A stretch of 64,000 nt of DNA from a virus (IMGVR_UViG_3300042465_007464:32001-96000), one strand, 5' to 3'; positions 49,645 through 59,271 are shown, counted from the stretch's first letter. Notes: generated by a model from the letters alone, not told the origin. Translations and numbers: made by a program.

Positions 49645-50103
49645 TTAACCTCTATATTCTAATACTTGTTGTACATTCAATGTGCCAGATTCATTGGCGT
49701 TTATTTGCATCATATATATTCGTTCGCTATTCAATGAAAATGTGATAGTAACTTGTACATCATTTGCAATTGTAGGATCTTCATACGACGTTTTACTATC
49801 AATTGAAACTAAATTAATTTCCGGTATCCAACGATTTACCGCATCTGAAATAATTTCATTGATATCTTGTTTTAAAAAATCATTGCTTGGCTCGAATATT
49901 ACATCTAATAGTTTTGTACCAAATGTAGGATTATTATATCGTTCTCCAACTCTAGTTAGTAGTAAATTTTTTAAATTACTTATTACTGCGTCTGCAGAAG
50001 TACGCGTTGATACAAATACAGCCGATCCATTGAAGTTTGAACTAACTCCAATTGAATTATCATTAGAAACATTATCATCTACAAGCTGTATTTTATATGC
50101 CAT
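49645..50103 (-). CDS. Baseplate wedge protein (gp25/GPW-like)
   Basis: NLKNLLLT..GER...P.FGT.L....FE, W.P.I. Confidence 0.9.
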   Translation of the reverse strand: MAYKIQLVDDNVSNDNSIGVSSNFNGSAVFVSTRTSADAVISNLKNLLLTRVGERYNNPTFGTKLLDVIFEPSNDFLKQDINEIISDAVNRWIPEINLVSIDSKTSYEDPTIANDVQVTITFSLNSERIYMMQINANESGTLNVQQVLEYRG

Positions 50104-50588
50104 TATTTGCCTTTCTTAGCATCAATTGCTTTCATTAACGCAGAATAATCACGTGTCATTGCCGCAGCAACTTCAGGTTTAACTTCATAAACTTTACCAG
50201 TTTCAGGATCTTCCATTACTTTAGGAGTTGCAGTAGGTTGCATCATGTTTTGACGCATTACGCCGAATCCTATAGCATCTCGAGATGTCATTCGAATTTC
50301 ATCCATACCTTCTGTCATCATGTCTCGAAAATTACTCATTGGTTGGTTTTCACGAAGTGGCTCAGTTTCATTAAGAATGTCTGCAAATGGAGTATCTGTA
50401 AATACTGCAGTTGATTTTTTTCTTGAAGGTGTAACTGTTTTAGAAACTGGCTTTGATGATTGTTTCATTTCAGTAATTGTAGACTGTAATCCTTCTTGCA
50501 AGATTTCAGTAAGTTCTTGCTTAATTGCCATTCGTATTTCTTCACGAATAACTTTTCGAAGAATTGTTGCAAATGTTTTTGAATCCAT
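50103..50588 (-). CDS. Hypothetical late protein
   Basis: LRKVIREE leader; C-terminal A.TRDYSALMKA. Confidence 0.65.
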   Translation of the reverse strand: MDSKTFATILRKVIREEIRMAIKQELTEILQEGLQSTITEMKQSSKPVSKTVTPSRKKSTAVFTDTPFADILNETEPLRENQPMSNFRDMMTEGMDEIRMTSRDAIGFGVMRQNMMQPTATPKVMEDPETGKVYEVKPEVAAAMTRDYSALMKAIDAKKGK

Positions 50589-50616
50589 ATGTACTTTTTT
50601 TATATAAATATTGTAA

Positions 50617-51474
50617 TTATAAATTTACGGGGTCACCCCAAGCATCAATCGCAGGTTTAGGTCCATAAATCTTATTATTAGTTATATTAATGTAATAATC
50701 GCCGACTTTACCTAAATCAGCCGAAGGAATTCCAGCTTGTTGATATACTTTGCTAGGTGCTTCAAGCAACGACGTTAATAAATTTTGTTGTTGTTCTAAC
50801 AATTGTTCTATAGTATCGGATCTTTGTTGTAAATCACTTTCAGACACATTAATATCTTTATAAAATTCAGTAGGAACTAAATCATTGTAATCAGTATTAC
50901 CATCGGCACCTAAACTAGTATCATCGAATGACCCAGATGGCAATGATATTGCATCTACATTTCCATTACATACAGCTGAAATTTTTTCTAAACTAGCAAC
51001 TAATGGTGGAGATATTGTTTGCAATTTTGATGTAATAGAACCAGGAACTGTTGAAAATTGTTCTAAACTAGATAACGCATTAACTATAGTAGCATCCTGT
51101 ATTGCCGTTAATTGCGTTGCTATGAATAGCGGCGCAGTTACTGGATTAGATAATTGTGCAATTGCAATTGAATTTTTAATAGCAACCGCAACTTTTACAG
51201 CAGATTGTATTTTATTAATAGTTTGTTGTATTTTAGGAATTGCTGTTTGTACGTCTGTAATTTGTTTTTGTATGTCAGTTAACTGTTTTTTAATTTGTTG
51301 AACTCTAGGATCATCACATTTCGCATCAGCTGGTAATTTTATAGAATCTTGCACAGTTTTTGATACATCTTGCAACAATTTATCTGTTTGTTGATCAATT
51401 TGTTTCATTGCGGCACTCACAGCTTTTGCTGGAAGTTTTGGTATAAAATCTAATGGTGGTACTATTGCACTCAT
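50617..51474 (-). CDS. Hypothetical baseplate-region protein
   Basis: Coiled coil; C-terminal P....G..GDYYI......YGPK....W fibre-type motif. Confidence 0.6.
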   Translation of the reverse strand: MSAIVPPLDFIPKLPAKAVSAAMKQIDQQTDKLLQDVSKTVQDSIKLPADAKCDDPRVQQIKKQLTDIQKQITDVQTAIPKIQQTINKIQSAVKVAVAIKNSIAIAQLSNPVTAPLFIATQLTAIQDATIVNALSSLEQFSTVPGSITSKLQTISPPLVASLEKISAVCNGNVDAISLPSGSFDDTSLGADGNTDYNDLVPTEFYKDINVSESDLQQRSDTIEQLLEQQQNLLTSLLEAPSKVYQQAGIPSADLGKVGDYYINITNNKIYGPKPAIDAWGDPVNL

Positions 51475-51483
51475 AACTTATCC

Positions 51484-52491
51484 TTAATATGTTTGTTTCT
51501 TTATAAAATATTTGGAACTTAATAATTTTTGTAGTTGAGTTTGTGCACTAGTAACATTTGATTTGTCAATAAATGTCCCTGTCATCGTTCCGCATTGTAT
51601 TGGAGAATTTAGTTGATTAATTATTTTTTGAAGTATAGATAATAATTCATCTCCATGCACCATGGATTGGTTAGCATCATCAGCTCCTACTTTAATTTCA
51701 CCCGTTGTGTTTAAAACGATAGCTTTTGGAGAATCGATAACTGCAATATCTGTTTTTGCTTTTAATATGATTCTATCTGCAACTGCAATACATTGTGATG
51801 ATTGATATTGAGATTCCGATGGTAAAAAACAAGTTAATGGATTTGGTTTATTTGATTCGCCTAAAAGCAATGTTGGTATGTTTTGTTTGCTAGTTAAATA
51901 AATAGAAGATGCATCTCGTTTAACATCTTCAACGATAAATTGTTTTCCTATAGCAGATTCCGGCGAATTTGATATTATTATAATAGGATCTCCTGCATCA
52001 TTACCTGACCAACTAGGTTTCTGATCATACGAATTGGTAGTAGTTATAGTGCTACCTAATCTAATAGAATTGCCCCAACGACCTTCATATAATATATCTC
52101 CTTTAAAAGGCTGTAATGAAGAAACAACTCGTTCAGGTACTGTAGAATCCGCTTCAAATGTGTTTGAAGTAGTAGGCAATACATTGGAATTAACGGATGA
52201 TTGGATTCCTATAGGAGTTAAATAATACCATTGACGTCGTTTTTTAGCAAATGATGTGGTATGATCATATCCTTGGAATATCAAGACATTTTCACCCTTA
52301 ATTGGTATTTGTTTTGAATTGTTAGATGCCGGTTTACAATTTATAATTTTTTCATTGTTATGTTGTACAATTTTAACGTCAATTGCAAATAATTCATTCA
52401 CATCGGAATTATCATCTTTACGTTTATACGTGCTAGCACCATTGTCAATTACTTCACCAAAATAAAAATTAATTAAACCAACATCAAGCAT
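51484..52491 (-). CDS. Baseplate hub/spike protein (gp5/VgrG-like)
   Basis: P..GE.V.I OB-fold motif, GD...EGRWGNSIR.GS, beta-rich C-terminus with V.GD.L. Confidence 0.6.
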   Translation of the reverse strand: MLDVGLINFYFGEVIDNGASTYKRKDDNSDVNELFAIDVKIVQHNNEKIINCKPASNNSKQIPIKGENVLIFQGYDHTTSFAKKRRQWYYLTPIGIQSSVNSNVLPTTSNTFEADSTVPERVVSSLQPFKGDILYEGRWGNSIRLGSTITTTNSYDQKPSWSGNDAGDPIIIISNSPESAIGKQFIVEDVKRDASSIYLTSKQNIPTLLLGESNKPNPLTCFLPSESQYQSSQCIAVADRIILKAKTDIAVIDSPKAIVLNTTGEIKVGADDANQSMVHGDELLSILQKIINQLNSPIQCGTMTGTFIDKSNVTSAQTQLQKLLSSKYFIKKQTY

Positions 52492-52918
52492 CAGCGTCCT
52501 TTTCTAACTTGCTTTTAGCTGTTGCAATTTTTTGTTCCAATTCTGTATCTTCTGCATCAAATGAATCCAGTTCATCTGTCAATTCGTCTGTCATCGTTTT
52601 TTCTGCCAATTTAAGAAGTTGATCTTTTTCTTCATCACTTAGTAAACCGTCAGCACCAGATATAGTTTGTTTGGTGGAAATATATCGTTGTACAATCGAA
52701 GTTAATTTAACAAGATGATCGTCATTTTTAACTGCAACATCTAAATATTCTTTAATCAACGGAACAATGACAGTAGCATCAGATGCATTGCGTATAAGCG
52801 GTTGCAACTGAGAAATTAATTGATTGATCTGTCTATCTTTCTTTTTAGAATTATGATAAACATCGGACATTAAGTCGGCAAAACTAGTTCCTTTGAATAG
52901 TTCATCATTTTTGTCCAT
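52484..52918 (-). CDS. Conserved hypothetical protein
   Basis: 144 aa helical ORF; late motif and SD upstream. Confidence 0.65.
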   Translation of the reverse strand: MDKNDELFKGTSFADLMSDVYHNSKKKDRQINQLISQLQPLIRNASDATVIVPLIKEYLDVAVKNDDHLVKLTSIVQRYISTKQTISGADGLLSDEEKDQLLKLAEKTMTDELTDELDSFDAEDTELEQKIATAKSKLEKDADA

Positions 52919-52942
52919 AACGCAAATCCTTTAATATAAATA

Positions 52943-53647
52943 TCAAAAAGGCAGATTTACGAAGTTTGATTGTTCATATTCAAGAAATTTGGTTTCGTAG
53001 ATTTGTTTGAGAGTTTTAATAACTCGAGTAATGTTAGTAGTTTCAAGTCCCGTACGTTCTCGAATAAAGATATACAACGCTTTTTTGTTGAAATCTTCAA
53101 TATTTTCACGCGTTTCAAAAATATGTAAAACTGAATCAGCTACGTGGATATCCGTTGGATTTGTAAAAATGTAATTCAAATTATCATAACAATAATCAAC
53201 ATATGCATCCATAAAATATTGAAGCGTTTCTTGCATTTCATCGTTATGTATCTCAATCAACACGTTACGCTGTTCATCTACATCTAATTCTTCTCTGTCA
53301 TTTTTTAATTTGCTATATGCTTTTTGATTTTCAGCAATTAGATAATTGAATGACGTTCTAGTATAATAAGAATATGCCTTTCCTGCTTCAGGATTGAATT
53401 TTCTTAAACGTTCAGTTAAGAACGTAACTAAATCGGTTTGTAAATCTTGAAATGAAGAATCAATATAAGTAGGTTTTACTTTGTTAATTAAGTTTTCCGT
53501 TAATTTCATGAAAGCCGGATATATGAATCGTCGATATATTTTTTCACGTTTAATAGAATCTTCTTCAATTCGATTATATGCCGATATTGCAAGATCCGTT
53601 ATTTTGGTAAAGTAATTGTTACTTTTTTTCTTCGCTCGCTTCGCCAT
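52943..53647 (-). CDS. Late-transcription sigma factor (T4 gp55-like)
   Basis: NYF at the N-terminus and FNPE.GKAYSYYT....NYLI, resembling the gp55 region-2 motif F.P.K..NP.AYFT. Confidence 0.7.
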   Translation of the reverse strand: MAKRAKKKSNNYFTKITDLAISAYNRIEEDSIKREKIYRRFIYPAFMKLTENLINKVKPTYIDSSFQDLQTDLVTFLTERLRKFNPEAGKAYSYYTRTSFNYLIAENQKAYSKLKNDREELDVDEQRNVLIEIHNDEMQETLQYFMDAYVDYCYDNLNYIFTNPTDIHVADSVLHIFETRENIEDFNKKALYIFIRERTGLETTNITRVIKTLKQIYETKFLEYEQSNFVNLPF

Positions 53648-53927
53648 CGAATGTTTCTTTAAGTTCGGTTATTGTTTGCAAAAGCAATTTGAATGTGGTT
53701 CCTGCTTCATCTTCGGCTTCGAAAGATCCTAAACGATCTATCTCTTGCATTGTATTGTATGAATCTACAATTCGGGTATACATGTAAGTGTTAGTAACTT
53801 CTAATTCTTCTATGTATTCTTGTGCATCAGCTACAGAACCAGCTAAATAATAGGCTCTATATCCCAAATACCCTGCAACTGCAATGCTTACTATCAATAA
53901 AAATATAAGTGCTATAATCATAATCAA
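53619..53927 (-). CDS. Membrane-anchored hypothetical protein
   Basis: N-terminal TM helix; IDRLGSFEAEDEAG motif. Confidence 0.65.
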   Translation of the reverse strand: MIMIIALIFLLIVSIAVAGYLGYRAYYLAGSVADAQEYIEELEVTNTYMYTRIVDSYNTMQEIDRLGSFEAEDEAGTTFKLLLQTITELKETFDGEASEEKK

Positions 53928-54709
53928 TCTTCGTTAAATGCTCCGAAAATGCTAGATATGTCATTCAATGTTTGTGCAACATCTGGATTTGAATCCGCTA
54001 AATTCTTTAATCCGTTACTTTTTGTCATTTTTGACTTTTCAACTACCGGAGCTGGAGTTGCTTGTTTGAAATTTCTCCAACGTTCATATTCAATCTGAGA
54101 TGCCATATGATCTGCATGATGCAAAAGCAATGGTAAATTGGTTTTCAATTTAGCTTGTGCGGATCTTGCTATGAAATACGGCTTATTAGCATCATCATAC
54201 ATTCCGTCGTGGATTCGAATTGCTTGATATTCATTCCAAGACGTTTTAACATCGTATTGTTGTAACAGCCAAAGAGAAAGATCTGGCACCATTGTGAACG
54301 GAATACTTTCATTGTGTTTATACATTTTGTTTTGATTCTTGCGATGCCAATCTGAAGTTTCAACTTGATATACTTCATTACCATCACCCGGAAAGCCCAT
54401 TTTACCTAAGTCATGATGCATTGCCGCAAATAACAGTTCTTCTTCAGTATAACCAGACATATCAGATCCTTGTGAACGCCAAGTAAAATGTAATGCTGTA
54501 GCACATTCTATTACTCGAAGTATATGGTCTACATATCCTCCGGCAAATGCATTATGAAAATGTGCAACTGATGAAGCCGGCATAAATATCAAGCGTTCTT
54601 CAAAATCATCATACATTCGATTCAATGCATCTTTACGGGTAGGAAAACTAGTATTAACAATTTCGCGATACTTTTCCCAATTCGATTTTATTTTTTCTGC
54701 TTCTAACAT
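53924..54709 (-). CDS. HD-domain phosphohydrolase (YhaM-like)
   Basis: PAS....HNAF.GGY.DH, HHDLGK, HDG, H.AD. Confidence 0.85.
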   Translation of the reverse strand: MLEAEKIKSNWEKYREIVNTSFPTRKDALNRMYDDFEERLIFMPASSVAHFHNAFAGGYVDHILRVIECATALHFTWRSQGSDMSGYTEEELLFAAMHHDLGKMGFPGDGNEVYQVETSDWHRKNQNKMYKHNESIPFTMVPDLSLWLLQQYDVKTSWNEYQAIRIHDGMYDDANKPYFIARSAQAKLKTNLPLLLHHADHMASQIEYERWRNFKQATPAPVVEKSKMTKSNGLKNLADSNPDVAQTLNDISSIFGAFNED

Positions 54710-54738
54710 AAATTCGTTTTTATGTAAAATATAATGAA

Positions 54739-54900
54739 TTACTTGCGTAACTCCAAAACTTTACCATCTACTAGTTTTTGAGTGCATTCCCAACATGTAA
54801 TGGCTGTTGCTTTTTCATCGACGCGTTCAGATACGTTCTCACAATATTTACATTGCAGACGTTTAAATCCTTTTGCCGGTTGGTGTTTTGATTTTGACAT
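54739..54900 (-). CDS. Small Zn-ribbon protein (53 aa)
   Basis: Manual translation MSKSKHQPAKGFKRLQCKYCENVSERVDEKATAITCWECTQKLVDGKVLELRK; TAATG-coupled to the upstream ORF. Confidence 0.75.
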   Translation of the reverse strand: MSKSKHQPAKGFKRLQCKYCENVSERVDEKATAITCWECTQKLVDGKVLELRK

Positions 54901-55076
54901 TATCTTTGTGTAATTACTCGTTTCAATTCTTCTAGTTTTCTCATTGCAATGAACAAGTTGTTTAACGCAGCTTCTTTGTCTATCGTTCCCGTTTCAATTG
55001 AACGTCCTAAAATTCTGATAACTTCGATTACATCATCGATTCTGTCCGTAACTGGTGTGTTTGTGTTTGTTGCCAT
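54900..55076 (-). CDS. Small hypothetical protein (58 aa)
   Basis: Manual translation MATNTNTPVTDRIDDVIEVIRILGRS...KRVITQR; SD AAGGA; late motif 55097-55104. Confidence 0.7.
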   Translation of the reverse strand: MATNTNTPVTDRIDDVIEVIRILGRSIETGTIDKEAALNNLFIAMRKLEELKRVITQR

Positions 55077-55106
55077 AACTTTATTTTTCCTTTATTATAA
55101 ATATGT

Positions 55107-56129
55107 TTATCCTAAAATCAATGGTGTTGCGTGACAATCGATGCCTACATTCAATAACGCTTGTTCTTTTGCTTTAGCTTCGATAACAACGTCAAGTGCA
55201 TCGACACCGTAAGTGTCAGGTAATGATAAAATGAAGTCGGCATGAGCCTGCTCCTTGATCTTGCTAAATTCTTTGTACATCTTAGCAAATGTCGGCCATT
55301 TCGGTAAATCGTCCCATGCAATATTATGCTTGTCGCAAATGCCTTCGATAAGACGTTGTGCTTCGCGTCGACGAGACTCGCTGTAATGAGTACACTGCGT
55401 AACACCATGCCGTTGCCAAGTCTCACGTGCCATGAAAAATGCTTCTTGTTCTGACAAATCGCCGGTATTGAATGTATGATGCCAATAGTCAAATGTAATA
55501 GGAATAGCAATATCAGCGTGTAACATTTCATACAAGTCACGCACCGAATACATAGATGCTTTGTCGTCATTTTCTATAACGAGACGACTCTTACATGAAT
55601 CTGATAATCTATCCCAATTGCGTAACCATCGTGCAATAGTCGATGTCTTATCGCCGTAAGTCGCACCTACATGTATGTTGATCTTGTTCTCGAAACTAGG
55701 AGCAAAACCCATAAGGTCAAACATCTCGCTATGGCGTTCTAAACCAATGATAGAATTGTCAACTACTTTGGCATCGGCACTACCTAAGATATGAAACGGA
55801 CCAGGATGCGTAGTAACGCGATGACCATGCGCACGTGCATAATCACCTGCCGCACGAAGATGTTTAGCAATTTCATCGATACCTGGCAAATCTTCTAACC
55901 GATAATGATTCCAACGCGGAAACAATTCGCTACCAATACGGAACAGTCGAATATCGTGCTGTTCGTTCCACTGCAAGATAGGCAGCAAGTCACGTGCATT
56001 TGCTAAAGAAATGTCAGAAGCAAGTTGCAAACCACCAAGCTGAAATTTGCGGTCAATCATTGTGCGACCCGTACGGATCTTTTGTTCACTCAACTGCATA
56101 TTGATGCAGGCATAACCATAACGTATCAT
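55107..56129 (-). CDS. uvsE: UV DNA damage endonuclease
   Basis: GYACIN, WN....IRLFRI.S.LFP, HPG.F..L.S, NIHVG, ENDD, FD..HH, HYSES, HAD, EAKAKE.A. Confidence 0.93.
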   Translation of the reverse strand: MIRYGYACINMQLSEQKIRTGRTMIDRKFQLGGLQLASDISLANARDLLPILQWNEQHDIRLFRIGSELFPRWNHYRLEDLPGIDEIAKHLRAAGDYARAHGHRVTTHPGPFHILGSADAKVVDNSIIGLERHSEMFDLMGFAPSFENKINIHVGATYGDKTSTIARWLRNWDRLSDSCKSRLVIENDDKASMYSVRDLYEMLHADIAIPITFDYWHHTFNTGDLSEQEAFFMARETWQRHGVTQCTHYSESRRREAQRLIEGICDKHNIAWDDLPKWPTFAKMYKEFSKIKEQAHADFILSLPDTYGVDALDVVIEAKAKEQALLNVGIDCHATPLILG

Positions 56130-56229
56130 AGACTTTTTTTATAATATAAGAAATAAAATGCAATAATCCTAATTTCGGCGATTTTTAATGCGTATATATT
56201 TATATGAAAGAAACCTTTAAGGATATGCA

Positions 56230-56910
56230 ATGAAAATTAATTTAGCAGAAAATTTGCTTCGTTTTGGAGTAAAAAATTTATCGGAATCTGATTACGAAAA
56301 AATACAAGAACAAACTGCTGCAAAAATATCCATAGCACCAATTAATGTATCGCGTAAGTTTGGAACAAGTGCAACCCCAGTCGTTATTAATGATTTGGAA
56401 GGATATTTAGGCGTACGAACAGATAAAGGTGCTGAATATTGGTTTCCATCTGGAAAAGTAGTTACATGTATTGGCAGTAATGATATATTTAATTTATTAA
56501 TAGGTCCTGCAGGTGTTATTAATGATACTGTATATACACCAAAGTATGAATTATTAGTAATGGTTATTGCCTTAGGGAATGCTGTAAATTCTATGAAACA
56601 AGCAATAGCAAATAATACTGCAACGGGAACAAAACAAGCAGAGGTATCAACTATGAAAGCTAGATCGATAGCAACTTTCGATTTAACGAAAAAAATGAAT
56701 AATACGCCTTACGTAGCAGCATTTATTTTAAAACTATTACAAATTGATATGGAACTAAGACAATCGGTAGATAAAGTATTACTACCAAAAGTTGTTGATA
56801 TCATCAATCTTTTAAATCAAATAGGCGTATATTCAAATACAATTAATATTGATACGGACAAACAAACAATTGACAATTTTTTTATAAAAATGGGTGGAAA
56901 ATTAGTTTAA
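56230..56910 (+). CDS. Cassette protein A1 (MKINLAENLLRF leader), function unknown
   Basis: One of only two convincing plus-strand genes; late motif 56196-56203 and SD AAGGA. Confidence 0.85.
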   Translation: MKINLAENLLRFGVKNLSESDYEKIQEQTAAKISIAPINVSRKFGTSATPVVINDLEGYLGVRTDKGAEYWFPSGKVVTCIGSNDIFNLLIGPAGVINDTVYTPKYELLVMVIALGNAVNSMKQAIANNTATGTKQAEVSTMKARSIATFDLTKKMNNTPYVAAFILKLLQIDMELRQSVDKVLLPKVVDIINLLNQIGVYSNTINIDTDKQTIDNFFIKMGGKLV

Positions 56911-56923
56911 TCACCCACCCATT
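56889..56923. terminator. Hairpin between convergent A1 and B1
   Basis: aatgggtgg (56889-56897) / ccacccatt (56915-56923). Confidence 0.55.
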
Positions 56924-57263
56924 AATGTGTAGAATTAAAATAATATTGTTCAAGTTTATTTTCCTTGAATGCATTATTAATATCAGTTAATCCGGTAATA
57001 AATCCCATTTCGGAATCTTCTGAATATATTTCAATAATTACATCAGAAACAAACGTTGTAGTATCATTCCAAACTATACTTTTAATAACATATCCATTTA
57101 CAGAATATTTTGCTTTAATGATATCAAAAAATTGAGCAACGTGAATATAATCGCTATTTAACGGAACTACGATACCTAAATCATTTGAATTATATGATTC
57201 GCGATCTTGACTAAATACAATACCACTAACTAAAACTGCTACGATTACAATTAACTTTTTCAT
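56922..57263 (-). CDS. Cassette protein B1, secreted (signal peptide, mature Gln start)
   Basis: MKKLIVIVAVLVSGIVFS/Q; host-type promoter upstream. Confidence 0.85.
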   Translation of the reverse strand: MKKLIVIVAVLVSGIVFSQDRESYNSNDLGIVVPLNSDYIHVAQFFDIIKAKYSVNGYVIKSIVWNDTTTFVSDVIIEIYSEDSEMGFITGLTDINNAFKENKLEQYYFNSTH

Positions 57264-57288
57264 CTCTCTTTATTTAATTGGTTTCTAT

Positions 57289-57323
57289 ATTATAAAAATA
57301 AGGAAAAAATCAGTACGATCCAA
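57289..57323 (-). promoter_or_regulatory. Putative host-sigma (early) promoter TTG-N20-TAnnTT (example)
   Basis: Same architecture upstream of genes starting at 2451, 15162, 36100, 54709, 56129, 58601 and 61046; matches Bacteroidota -33/-7 spacing. Confidence 0.7.
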
Positions 57324-57389
57324 CCTTTTTACTAACTTTAATGAAAGTTTTTTTATTGATATTTATATGAAAGAAACCATAAAGGATAC

Positions 57390-58016
57390 ATGATGAAAAT
57401 TAATTTAGCAGAAAATTTGCTTCGTTTTGCACCAAAAAACTTGGATGCTAAAACTATCGAAAAAATACAAGAATTGGCAGAACAAACTGCAACTACATCT
57501 AACATACCGGCTAACGTAGCACAAATTCCAAATTGGAAAACTGTAGCCACGTGGTTTAAAACAAATGCACACGATAAAGGAATTAAAACTGCCGCTTTAG
57601 CATATGGAGATTTTTTATATCAAGCTGAACCAGCTGGTCAAGATTTTCGTTTATCCGTTTATCAAGCACAACAATGCCAATATGGCACATTCCCATTTAT
57701 AGCATTACAACGTTATGCAGATTTAAGTACCGATGGAATGGGAAATATTAAAGATGCAGAAACAACGCCAATGCAAGCACTAGTTAGTTTGCAAAATGTA
57801 TCCAATCAAGTAAGTGCCGGTATACAAGAAGTTAATGATAATTGGAATAATAGTATACCACAAACAAATACAGCCGTTGCACGACAACATATAAAATTAA
57901 GAAAACCTGCATTACAAAACACGATTAATGTTATAAAACAACAATCGAATTTAGCTGAAATAGGTAGCAAATTAACAGGTACTGCTAAAGGTGCATACGA
58001 AGAAATAATTTCATAA
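57390..58016 (+). CDS. Cassette protein A2 (MKINLAENLLRF leader), function unknown
   Basis: Late motif 57359-57366; SD AAAGGA; leader near-identical to A1. Confidence 0.85.
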   Translation: MMKINLAENLLRFAPKNLDAKTIEKIQELAEQTATTSNIPANVAQIPNWKTVATWFKTNAHDKGIKTAALAYGDFLYQAEPAGQDFRLSVYQAQQCQYGTFPFIALQRYADLSTDGMGNIKDAETTPMQALVSLQNVSNQVSAGIQEVNDNWNNSIPQTNTAVARQHIKLRKPALQNTINVIKQQSNLAEIGSKLTGTAKGAYEEIIS

Positions 58017-58037
58017 TATTATTGTATAAACAGTATG

Positions 58038-58068
58038 AATGGGGTAGCTAAAAACTACCCCATTTTTT
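58038..58068 (+). terminator. Terminator between convergent A2 and B2
   Basis: AATGGGGTAG-ctaaaaa-CTACCCCATT-TTTTT. Confidence 0.85.
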
Positions 58069-58601
58069 TATTTATTAGTTAATAATTCTGTAACTCCTTC
58101 GAAATTTGTAAAAAATATAATCGATCCAAATCCACCTTTACCTCGTGCAATGTATACTTCTAAAATATCAATTGATTTTACATTTGATTTTTTATCATTA
58201 ACTTCGATATGTGCAAAGTTTACGATTTTTTCATGTTTCGTACTAACAGCTCCAAAAGCAAATGCCGTCGCATCTTCTAAAACTTTATCGGAAAAATAAG
58301 TTTCGAAACTTAATACTTGATTGGTATCGGGTAACGTTTTAAATCTATATGGAGCCCAATTAACAAATTTTGCATATTCGCTTCTAAGTTCTTTAGAGAT
58401 ATCTGAGTTAGGACCTGCAGGTAAACTATCAACATAACCCGATTCAACTAAATATCTATCATGCGAACCTATATAAAATATGTCATATCGATTCAAAAAA
58501 TCAATTTGTGAAAAAAAGATAGCTTCATATCTTTGATCAATGTTCTGTGCATTAACAATGCCACTAACTAAAACTGCTACGATTACAATTAACTTTTTCA
58601 T
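58068..58601 (-). CDS. Cassette protein B2, secreted (signal peptide, mature Gln start)
   Basis: MKKLIVIVAVLVSGIVNA/Q; 5' region near-identical to B1. Confidence 0.85.
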   Translation of the reverse strand: MKKLIVIVAVLVSGIVNAQNIDQRYEAIFFSQIDFLNRYDIFYIGSHDRYLVESGYVDSLPAGPNSDISKELRSEYAKFVNWAPYRFKTLPDTNQVLSFETYFSDKVLEDATAFAFGAVSTKHEKIVNFAHIEVNDKKSNVKSIDILEVYIARGKGGFGSIIFFTNFEGVTELLTNK

Positions 58602-58692
58602 CTCTCTTTATTTAATTGGTTTCTTATATTATAAAAATAAGGAAAAAACCAATACAATCCAACCGAATCATAAAAAAAGTTTCGAAAAAGTT

Positions 58693-59265
58693 TTATTTCT
58701 TTACGAACCCATTAAGGAAATCACGTTGCTTTTGAATAGCATCATTTAGGCTTGATTCCGTAGAATCTTTTCGCTTTTTTGAATTGCCGTTACGCACTCC
58801 TGCAGTGCTAGGTTTAACAACATTCGATTTGCTAGATCCTCGCTTTTTATTTGTTGGTATCGTTCCACTATCGGCGTCATCAGTTCCTGGGAGTATTGAA
58901 TCGTCATCTCTGCTAGCATCTTCTTTCCCTCCGGCGTTGATAGAAACTGTTGCAATTCGCGTTGGTTTAACGAAGGTTTCAATGCGTTTAATGATTTCAT
59001 CTTGGCCGATGGATTTTGTGTCTTCGAAGAAGATATATCCCGTATGATACGCTGTCTTTTGCCCCTCAATCTGGATACCGCACGGGTAATTGACTCCATC
59101 TGACGACGTAACCATGTATTGAACGCCCCACCCTGTATTTTTATGTTTTTTGACATAACCATATTTCTTTTGACCAAGCCAAGAAAAGAAAACCGCTGCT
59201 CCTACGCGGAACTGCGGTTTATTGAACTTTGCTTGTAATTTATCTGATACTTTTTGTTTTGCCAT
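58693..59265 (-). CDS. Hypothetical protein (SH3-like N-terminus, basic disordered tail)
   Basis: F.VG..V.F.W....YG.V......GVQY.V pattern. Confidence 0.65.
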   Translation of the reverse strand: MAKQKVSDKLQAKFNKPQFRVGAAVFFSWLGQKKYGYVKKHKNTGWGVQYMVTSSDGVNYPCGIQIEGQKTAYHTGYIFFEDTKSIGQDEIIKRIETFVKPTRIATVSINAGGKEDASRDDDSILPGTDDADSGTIPTNKKRGSSKSNVVKPSTAGVRNGNSKKRKDSTESSLNDAIQKQRDFLNGFVKK

Positions 59266-59271
59266 TTGCCT

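Larger units (their letters stand above)
56196..57429 (+). repeat. Direct repeat of A-gene promoter+leader (about 56196-56266 and 57359-57429)
   Basis: atatttatatgaaagaaacc..aaggata..atgaaaattaatttagcagaaaatttgcttcgttttg in both copies. Confidence 0.92.
57223..58664 (-). repeat. Direct repeat of B-gene promoter+signal peptide (about 57223-57325 and 58561-58664)
   Basis: ccactaactaaaactgctacgattacaattaactttttcatctctctttatttaattggtttct..atattataaaaataaggaaaaaa...atccaacc in both copies. Confidence 0.92.

Noticed and set aside
52484-52918. Small terminase subunit
   Set aside because: Size and helicity fit, but I recognised no diagnostic motif and it is not adjacent to the large terminase; left as hypothetical.
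56196-58664. Invertible (shufflon-like) or DGR locus
   Set aside because: The repeats are direct, not inverted; there is no recombinase or reverse transcriptase in the window; the variable cores are unrelated rather than adenine-mutated copies.
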